From Escherichia phage KBNP1711: a DNA stretch of 64,000 nt. Location: sequence record NC_023593.1. One strand, written 5' to 3'. The translations under genes were made by a program, and so were the position numbers. The notes below the pieces were generated by a model. It was not told the DNA's origin and searched no databases. It worked only from the letters and a program-made list of their open reading frames with translations. Shown here piece after piece: positions 57,570-64,000 of the stretch (position 1 is the first letter of the stretch; each line of letters starts with the position of its first letter).

Positions 57570-58670
57570 TTACAGCAGTCGTTCTAACTGAATTTCCAAG
57601 TGGTCTGGAATATACTCAGTGACGTTGTTATCAGAGACGCCAGATTCACGCATCATGTTGAGCATGTTACGAATCTGCCCTTCTGTTGCTTCACGAGTTT
57701 CACTAATCTCTGTTTCATACAGAGCCATGATCTCGTTATGAACATCTTGAGCATTACCACGGACATATCCGAGGAAGCCATAGAAGTCAGACATATCACG
57801 AAGGGATACAACTACCGACCCACTACTATCAAGAGTTTGTAAACGAATACGCCCAACCTGACGCACAGATCGGTTACGACAGAACAGGATATCACGAGCC
57901 AGACGATAACCGCTATCAAGATCTTCGTGTCTTGGGGTGTAGTCCAGAGGTAGGTGCGGGAGCATAGGGTCAAAACGAACCCTGTTGAGCATCTCAACAA
58001 ACTCTTCATTGTCCATCTCTGCATTTTCAACTGCTAATTTCTTAAGAACCAAGAAGCGGTTTACCAGATTTAACAGCTGACCTTTCTTCCACTTAGGCTC
58101 TGAGATACGGAACTCAACAGAACCGAACTGAGCCAGAGGGAGTAGGTTGAGTGATGTGTACTTATCCCAACGGTCGACGATATGTCGGAAGAAGTTCTCA
58201 CCTTCGTAGTTAAATGCTTCAGAAGCGTTCATTACTTGAGCCTGAACCACTGCAAAAGCAGGACAGAAATTACTACGGTAACGGTGATAACCAGAGCACT
58301 TAAACATCAATGCTTCATAGAAAGTCCACCCAAGGATAACTTTCTTAACGATATTGCTATCAGCATCTCGCATATCCATATGAACGTGAGTGGAACATCG
58401 CCAAGTCCCTTCTGCTTCGGACTCCATCACTGCCTCACTCAGATTGTTGATAGCGTCAAACAGTTCTACACCATTGTAAGGGCGAGAACAGACCATTTCA
58501 CATCCGTTGCGAAGCGAGCCATCCTCTGTACATTCCCACATATCTGCTTCGATATGATCGTCACCTTCAAGCTCCAGCTCAATACCAATACCGCATTGGA
58601 ATGCGATACTCGGATGTGCTTCACTCAGACGATTACTACGGTATCCAAAAGCTTGCGCTACAGTTGTCAT
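57570..58670 (-). CDS. carboxylate-amine ligase (GCS2/YbdK-like amidoligase)
   Basis: 'GIGIELELEG', 'EDGSLRNGCEMV', 'STHVHMDM', cf. YbdK. Confidence 0.5.
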   Translation of the reverse strand: MTTVAQAFGYRSNRLSEAHPSIAFQCGIGIELELEGDDHIEADMWECTEDGSLRNGCEMVCSRPYNGVELFDAINNLSEAVMESEAEGTWRCSTHVHMDMRDADSNIVKKVILGWTFYEALMFKCSGYHRYRSNFCPAFAVVQAQVMNASEAFNYEGENFFRHIVDRWDKYTSLNLLPLAQFGSVEFRISEPKWKKGQLLNLVNRFLVLKKLAVENAEMDNEEFVEMLNRVRFDPMLPHLPLDYTPRHEDLDSGYRLARDILFCRNRSVRQVGRIRLQTLDSSGSVVVSLRDMSDFYGFLGYVRGNAQDVHNEIMALYETEISETREATEGQIRNMLNMMRESGVSDNNVTEYIPDHLEIQLERLL

Positions 58671-59281
58671 AACGACTCCACTAACTCCACAGTGTATTGG
58701 TTAAAATCACTTTCAATATGCTTGAACTTGTCAAGCAGTTGTACGGTCTGACGACCACGGCTGTCATATCCAGCACTAAGAAGCACACGACCAACATGTG
58801 CACCTTTATAATAAACAAGACCATCAGAAGGATTGATGAAGATAAAGCGAGTCAACAAGCCTTCAAAGGATGGGTTAAACAGGTTATAAACCATCTCACC
58901 AGAGATGTTACGACCTAGAGAAGTTACGCCACGGAGTTTGTTACCCATCAACCCCTTAGCTCGCTGACGAACTGGATTGATGTGAGTCCAACTTACCATG
59001 TTACGTCCGTGTTGAAGATAACCAACATCAGGGGATTCCAGAATCAGGTTAGGGTTGAAAACCCCAATCTGAACTGTTGTACGGTTAAACCCTGAGTCTG
59101 TTTTAAACCAACGCTCTGCTTCGAACATCAAAGCCATCTCTGCTTCATGAGAGAAGTCATCACGAGAGAACTCACCTTGTTGGAATACGTTCATAACAAA
59201 CAGTGGGATGTTTAAGTTCCCACGTCTTTCAGCAATCCATGTCCCACAATAGTAATGAGAGAAGTCAGTTACTAAGCTCAC
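58667..59281 (-). CDS. hypothetical protein in amide-ligase cluster
   Basis: ORF track; ATGA overlap with upstream gene. Confidence 0.4.
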   Translation of the reverse strand: MSLVTDFSHYYCGTWIAERRGNLNIPLFVMNVFQQGEFSRDDFSHEAEMALMFEAERWFKTDSGFNRTTVQIGVFNPNLILESPDVGYLQHGRNMVSWTHINPVRQRAKGLMGNKLRGVTSLGRNISGEMVYNLFNPSFEGLLTRFIFINPSDGLVYYKGAHVGRVLLSAGYDSRGRQTVQLLDKFKHIESDFNQYTVELVESL

Positions 59282-59290
59282 GATAACCCC

Positions 59291-60097
59291 TTACGCTACC
59301 TGTAAACGTTTCAAGAACACATCTGCTTCACGAACATCGTTGGTGTTGATGATCTGGTGCAGCTTTTCAATCGGAAGGCGAGAGTGGAGGCTCATCAAGA
59401 ACTCCATGTCGCTATTTTGTACAACCTTGTCAACTTGATCGTACACGAATTGACGATCTTCTTTCTTGCCAATCCAGAAGTTCGACAGAGAGCGATACTC
59501 AATGCCATAAGGTTTGTAACGGATTGCGGATGCTTTACCGTACAGCTCTTTACGTCGAGTATCACCATCCATCAGAACAGCAGGCAATGACAGGAAGTAA
59601 TCACACAGAACGCCCAGCATCATCTGAACCTTCTTATTCACATCCAGAGAGCCAGTGACACCAATGTGCACATGACCACCTGCTGTACGCAAGCCCTTGT
59701 TCTCTGAAGTTGGAGAAGCATTCTTTTGACCAGTGAATGCGTTGAAGTCTGGAGTACAACCAAACACGAAAGCGGACGGATGGAATGATTCCAATTCCTC
59801 TTTAGAGAAGATATGAGAACTTACACCCAGAGCCGCTTCCATGTCCTGTTTCTTCAGAACTTCGTTGGTAAGATCAATACCGCGCTGAACGTTGTCATTA
59901 AACGCTTCAAAACCTTGTTGTGGGTTGATATCAAACTCAGCCAGCACGTTGTCTTCTTGGAGACGTACATCCTTAGCCAGATCGATTTTATTTTCTTTAG
60001 AACAACCCAGCTTGCCAGCAACAGAGGTGATGATGCCAGAAGAAGTACGAACAAACATCTCTGGGTCCGTTCCAATTAAAAAGATGCGCTTAGTCAT
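59291..60097 (-). CDS. carboxylate-amine ligase-like (second GCS2-like paralogue)
   Basis: 'LIGTDPEMFV' and 'GGHVHIG'; GGTGGA RBS before ATG 60097 (track ORF to 60178). Confidence 0.45.
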   Translation of the reverse strand: MTKRIFLIGTDPEMFVRTSSGIITSVAGKLGCSKENKIDLAKDVRLQEDNVLAEFDINPQQGFEAFNDNVQRGIDLTNEVLKKQDMEAALGVSSHIFSKEELESFHPSAFVFGCTPDFNAFTGQKNASPTSENKGLRTAGGHVHIGVTGSLDVNKKVQMMLGVLCDYFLSLPAVLMDGDTRRKELYGKASAIRYKPYGIEYRSLSNFWIGKKEDRQFVYDQVDKVVQNSDMEFLMSLHSRLPIEKLHQIINTNDVREADVFLKRLQVA

Positions 60098-61019
60098 TAT
60101 AGTATTCCACCAATTCTTTAAAGAGGGATATGATTGTTTCTTTGTTGCTCTCCATATTAGAGCCGCAACGACTTTCAATACGTTCTAAGAAACCATTTAC
60201 ATTGATGTTAGAAATCTTTTCATCAAGAGATGAACGTTTCCAACCAGTGCTCATAGACCAAACTCTCAAAAAGGTACTCATTGAAGAGTACATCTCTGCG
60301 TTTTGGTTTCGACGACGAGCAATACGACGAAGAGCTGCACGGTCATGGTTTCGGATATACCCTGATGTGTTATCACCTTCTCCGACTTTGTTTTGCAACC
60401 AAACGTCGGTTGAAAACTCACCTGTATTGCAAATAATCGGAAGAAATGCAAATGCTGGTAAATCATGCGGTAAATAGATAGATGTTGATTCGTCAGTGGA
60501 GTCATTAACTCTATCAAAGTTAAGCTCCCCAAAGAAGTCCTTACTTACCCCAGCAAGAGCTAGAGCTAATCCAACACGACGACGGAATAGCCATTCTTCT
60601 CTATCATCAACTCCCTCTGAAAGAAAATCCATAGATTCATACTCGCAATCGAGATAGCTACGGAAAGTCATTAGTCCTGTAAAAACTTTATCTGCTGCGT
60701 GTTCACGAAGATCAACCTCTACACTATTAGCAGAAGTTATTGTGAACATATCTTTGTACATAGAACAGGAGTTCAGTACATCAGCAGTATCCACCAAATG
60801 AGACTCAGTCTCATCCATGTTGCAGTGGGGCCAGTAGTTAATCTTACCCATGTGCGCTGTGAAGTTATCCAAGCTGGTTCGAGTACTCAGGCCGTTAATG
60901 TCACGAGTGCTAAAGTTGTGCATAGAGTTGTGGATACCGAAACAAACTCGGCTCGCAAAACTCTGCTCACCCAACATATCACTAACTTCTACAGGAGCTA
61001 ATGTTGTGGAAATTGCCAT
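60090..61019 (-). CDS. hypothetical protein in amide-ligase cluster
   Basis: ORF track. Confidence 0.4.
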   Translation of the reverse strand: MAISTTLAPVEVSDMLGEQSFASRVCFGIHNSMHNFSTRDINGLSTRTSLDNFTAHMGKINYWPHCNMDETESHLVDTADVLNSCSMYKDMFTITSANSVEVDLREHAADKVFTGLMTFRSYLDCEYESMDFLSEGVDDREEWLFRRRVGLALALAGVSKDFFGELNFDRVNDSTDESTSIYLPHDLPAFAFLPIICNTGEFSTDVWLQNKVGEGDNTSGYIRNHDRAALRRIARRRNQNAEMYSSMSTFLRVWSMSTGWKRSSLDEKISNINVNGFLERIESRCGSNMESNKETIISLFKELVEYYND

Positions 61020-61031
61020 TGTCTTTAACCT

Positions 61032-62225
61032 TTAATTTCCTAAGAAAAGTTTCGTGAGAATTGAATCCCACTCCGTACTAGGCAGCACATCAAAGCTGCT
61101 ATTATTTGACAAATTCGACTGTTGAAAGTGGCGAATCAGTGTGTAAGTGTTAACACGGTCATTACCAAATCGAGTATACAACAACTCGTTTCGAGTCTTG
61201 TCTGATAGGGAAATAGCTTTGGCAAAAGCTACAATCAGCATAGGCTCTTTGAGGGCACGATCTTGAAGGGCTTCTGGTTGAATAATAGGTAAGAACATCG
61301 AGTTGTTTACATACAGCTCATGCTCTTCGTGTCCGGGAACGTCATACCAAATACTCTGGTAGTCTTCATCACGAAAATGTCCTTCACCAGCCATATATGA
61401 CGGTTGACGCCACGCGGTCTGGCGAGGTTCTGCCATATTAGCTCCGATACCCACTGTGTACAGTGTTACAGGGAACAGGCAGTTGTCATATTCGTTACCA
61501 GTAAAGGCAACTCGTACTTCACCAAACAGGTTCTCTTTTGCGTTAATCAATCGAGAATAGGCAAGAGCTTGTAACGGAGACCAATTATCCATGTAGAGCT
61601 TATCAAGGAAAGTCCACACGTTTGCTTGTTCGTCTTCTTGATAGAACAGACGATTCACCATAAGGTAGAACAGGCAACGATCAGCAGGAACTGGTTCAGA
61701 TACATCTTCTGTTACTACACCCATAAAACCTTTTTCATGCCAAACAAGACATGAAGGACGATCTTTATCCATGAAAGCTTCAAGCGCTTCCATAACTGAC
61801 TTGACAGTTACATCAGGACGTTCACGATATTCAGCCCAAAGCTCAACTGCATTCTTAGGCTTTTCATCCCCTACATCAGCGTGATAGAAAGCATATTGGA
61901 AGGAGATGATGTTGTTGCTCCCATCCTTTCCACGCATAGGGATGTGGGTTCCAGAGTTCCAGATAATACGAATATCTTCCATTGACATATTTCTGCTCAG
62001 GACTTCATCTCTGCCTGAGCTTTGCATCAAGCTATAGCTGCTATCCCAAACATGGACATACTGCGTCCAGCCTTCATTGGCTTCGTAGGTAATGGGGTCG
62101 TAATAGTCGTCATCTTCATCACAATCATCACCACCATGGTAGTTGTCGTGCTGAAGAAATCCATAGCAAGGAGGCCAGACTGTTAATACGTTGTCGTGCT
62201 TATCCTGCAATGTTACTGGAAACAT
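61032..62225 (-). CDS. hypothetical protein in amide-ligase cluster
   Basis: ORF track. Confidence 0.4.
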   Translation of the reverse strand: MFPVTLQDKHDNVLTVWPPCYGFLQHDNYHGGDDCDEDDDYYDPITYEANEGWTQYVHVWDSSYSLMQSSGRDEVLSRNMSMEDIRIIWNSGTHIPMRGKDGSNNIISFQYAFYHADVGDEKPKNAVELWAEYRERPDVTVKSVMEALEAFMDKDRPSCLVWHEKGFMGVVTEDVSEPVPADRCLFYLMVNRLFYQEDEQANVWTFLDKLYMDNWSPLQALAYSRLINAKENLFGEVRVAFTGNEYDNCLFPVTLYTVGIGANMAEPRQTAWRQPSYMAGEGHFRDEDYQSIWYDVPGHEEHELYVNNSMFLPIIQPEALQDRALKEPMLIVAFAKAISLSDKTRNELLYTRFGNDRVNTYTLIRHFQQSNLSNNSSFDVLPSTEWDSILTKLFLGN

Positions 62226-62236
62226 TTTGAAACCTC

Positions 62237-62599
62237 TTATTGTTGTTTGATCAACTCAACGGACTTACGGATGTAAAGAATATCACGGAAGTTACGATAG
62301 TTGTTCATGAATTGATGCTTCTGGAACTCAGCTTCAAGCAGAGATTCTTTGGCACTTTCATAACTCTTACGGGCAAGATACACAACCCGCTCTGGTAATA
62401 CGTTTGCACGACGGATGATATACTTGTGAGCTTTCATATTGCTCTGCTCACGAGCTATCTTACTTTTTGCTACCGTAATGCCATTTGCAAGCCAAACAAG
62501 CTCTTGCTCAAGCTCTTCGTTGGACATTCCACCGAGGTTTGATGCAACCTTGTTCAGAGTTTCAATGTTAACGTTGCCCTTGATGGGACGTGTATTCAT
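62237..62599 (-). CDS. hypothetical protein
   Basis: ORF track. Confidence 0.35.
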   Translation of the reverse strand: MNTRPIKGNVNIETLNKVASNLGGMSNEELEQELVWLANGITVAKSKIAREQSNMKAHKYIIRRANVLPERVVYLARKSYESAKESLLEAEFQKHQFMNNYRNFRDILYIRKSVELIKQQ

Positions 62600-62601
62600 A
62601 C

Positions 62602-62757
62602 CTACTCCTGTTGTTTACACTCACCAATAACCCACTGATAAGAAGTGGATTGACCTGAAAAGAAACACTGAATAAATCCAGACGTTCTCTGCGTTACCAG
62701 TGCTAGTGCACATATCACTACCGCTGCTGCTAGCAGTTTCATATCTAATTTAGACAT
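62602..62757 (-). CDS. small secreted/membrane protein
   Basis: GAGAGGA RBS before internal Met; signal-like 'MKLLAAAVVICALALV'; track N-terminus would span a terminator hairpin. Confidence 0.35.
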   Translation of the reverse strand: MSKLDMKLLAAAVVICALALVTQRTSGFIQCFFSGQSTSYQWVIGECKQQE

Positions 62758-62776
62758 ATTTCCTCTCTTTGAATTT

Positions 62777-62801
62777 AAAAAAGGACTCTCCGAAAAGAGC
62801 C
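62777..62801 (-). terminator. rho-independent terminator (- strand)
   Basis: 'ggctctt ttcg gagagtcc' hairpin followed by 'tttttt' on the - strand. Confidence 0.5.
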
Positions 62802-62995
62802 AAGCTTTAAATACAAAAAAGATATTACCCAATATCTGTGGATAACCTGCTCTTAAAATATCTATCCGACGGATGTTCGAGGACTGTCCCTCTCCCTAGC
62901 ATCGGCCCCATACGGGAAATATATTAAGATTAGGTTAGTTGAGTCAGAATAACTCACATAGCCCTCCGGAGGGAAGGCTATAAATGTCACTCTAT

Positions 62996-63244
62996 CTAAA
63001 AATCGCCTGATTTTACAAAATCATCACTAAGGATTTCATCAATTTCTTTGCTGGTTAGGTCTTTTCTGAACCAACAACAAGGAACATCCACCCATTGACC
63101 AGAATTGTTTTCTACAGAGCATCTGTTTCCTGTCTTACTTTTGCATTTATAAGACTTCCCTTTATCTAGGCGATAATGGATTCTATAAACAATTGACACA
63201 AGTTCTATCATACTATTTATCCCCACCAAAGGCAAGGTAGGCAT
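62996..63244 (-). CDS. hypothetical small Cys-rich protein
   Basis: ORF track. Confidence 0.3.
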   Translation of the reverse strand: MPTLPLVGINSMIELVSIVYRIHYRLDKGKSYKCKSKTGNRCSVENNSGQWVDVPCCWFRKDLTSKEIDEILSDDFVKSGDF

Positions 63245-63455
63245 CTTTGATTTCAGTAACCTGTGAATCAGGTTTGAATGCAGACAAATGCCCTGTGTTC
63301 AGATTAACTGCGTTGGCAGGGATGATGCAACCCTCTACTTTAGTGTCAGGGATTTTCATGTAGTAGCTTGAAAAGTGCTCTGCTGAGAAAACTTCCCCAA
63401 TAGAGATATCACTAATCTTCGCTAGAACATCCTTAGCTGGTTTCCCTATTTTCAT
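63213..63455 (-). CDS. hypothetical small protein
   Basis: ORF track. Confidence 0.3.
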   Translation of the reverse strand: MKIGKPAKDVLAKISDISIGEVFSAEHFSSYYMKIPDTKVEGCIIPANAVNLNTGHLSAFKPDSQVTEIKDAYLAFGGDK

Positions 63456-63688
63456 TACTCACCTTTCTTAGCACGATCTTTGGCAGTTTTGCCAGTGCGG
63501 ATACGATGGGAAACGTTAACCAGAGTGCCACCTTCAACAATGGTAACGCTCTTGTTCTTGGCAACGTCAAACACAGACTTCTCCGTGCCACCCAAGCGAA
63601 TCTGCTTAGGCTCACTGAAGGTTTGTGTGGACTTGGACTGGATGTTGAACGGCTGACGGATTGCATCGATTGCACTTACTTTACTCAT
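63455..63688 (-). CDS. hypothetical small basic protein
   Basis: AGGAG RBS before internal Met (track ORF to 63712). Confidence 0.3.
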   Translation of the reverse strand: MSKVSAIDAIRQPFNIQSKSTQTFSEPKQIRLGGTEKSVFDVAKNKSVTIVEGGTLVNVSHRIRTGKTAKDRAKKGE

Positions 63689-64000
63689 GGGGGAATAGCT
63701 CCTAAAAATCATGACTGCGTAGAGGGAATTCCCTACGCAAAAACGACGCTAAAAGAAGCGTCACAGTAGTTGAAAAGAGGTACAGAAACAGAGGTTATTT
63801 AGCTACCTTTTTCTGACCGTTTACGAACCAGATAATTGAACCGTCGGGCTGTCGTTGACCGAAGCCTTTCATGGTTAGCATGTCTTCCGAAAACTCTTTA
63901 AAAGTAATCACTTGCTTACCCTTACATTGGAGTTAATACAATCTCTGCTTTGGCAAACCTCTCGCCAACTTCGAGAGTATCAGCAACAGGACGAGGCACA

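Noticed and set aside
62837-62845. DnaA-box-like 9-mer ('tgtggataa', complement of TTATCCACA)
   Set aside because: A single occurrence with no cluster of boxes or adjacent AT-rich unwinding element; likely chance.
62962-62973. Perfect 12-bp palindrome 'ccctccggaggg'
   Set aside because: No flanking U-tract on either strand, so not a convincing terminator; possible protein-binding site but unsupported.
1-64000. tRNA genes or CRISPR arrays
   Set aside because: No cloverleaf-like T-loop motifs ('GGTTCGAATCC'-type) or regularly spaced direct repeats seen by eye; a proper tRNAscan/CRISPR search was not possible.

Overview
This window looks like about 64 kb of a tailed dsDNA bacteriophage genome, podovirus-like in gene content. 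A phage-encoded ECF-type sigma factor and a recurring TAATGTATA upstream motif are reminiscent, from memory only, of phiEco32-like (kuravirus) phages. Two convergent gene blocks meet at a bidirectional terminator near 30.8 kb. The left block (+ strand, about 0.5-30.8 kb) is morphogenesis: putative small terminase, large terminase, portal, acidic scaffold, a major capsid protein with a programmed -1 frameshift giving an Ig-like extended form, two tail fibres (one with a C-terminal self-cleaving chaperone domain), T4-type lysozyme, an Ig-domain protein, an SLT transglycosylase, Q/N-rich proteins and a 1473-aa internal protein. The right block (- strand, about 31-63.7 kb) is DNA metabolism and early functions: HNH endonuclease, FEN-type exonuclease, sigma factor, SSB-like protein, metallophosphoesterase, a family-A DNA polymerase split by a roughly 0.78-kb group I intron carrying an HNH homing endonuclease, PhoH, ThyX with an atypical motif, thioredoxin, a Dps-like protein, dCTP deaminase, a nucleotidyltransferase, a DnaQ-like exonuclease and a primase-helicase. 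The most likely uncharacterised system is a roughly 9-kb cluster (52.9-62.2 kb) of amide-bond-forming enzymes: a gamma-glutamylcyclotransferase-like protein, a RimK-like ATP-grasp, a class-II glutamine amidotransferase fused to a Cys-rich domain and apparently initiated at AUU, two GCS2/YbdK-like carboxylate-amine ligases and four unknowns. No rRNA, tRNA or CRISPR array was seen by eye. All family assignments are motif recognition by eye and recalled reference sequences, not database searches. CDS coordinates follow the supplied ORF track (ends include the stop codon; the track allows GTG/TTG starts). Hand-placed motif, hairpin and splice coordinates may be off by 1-2 nt; at two places my hand count disagreed with the track by 1 nt.
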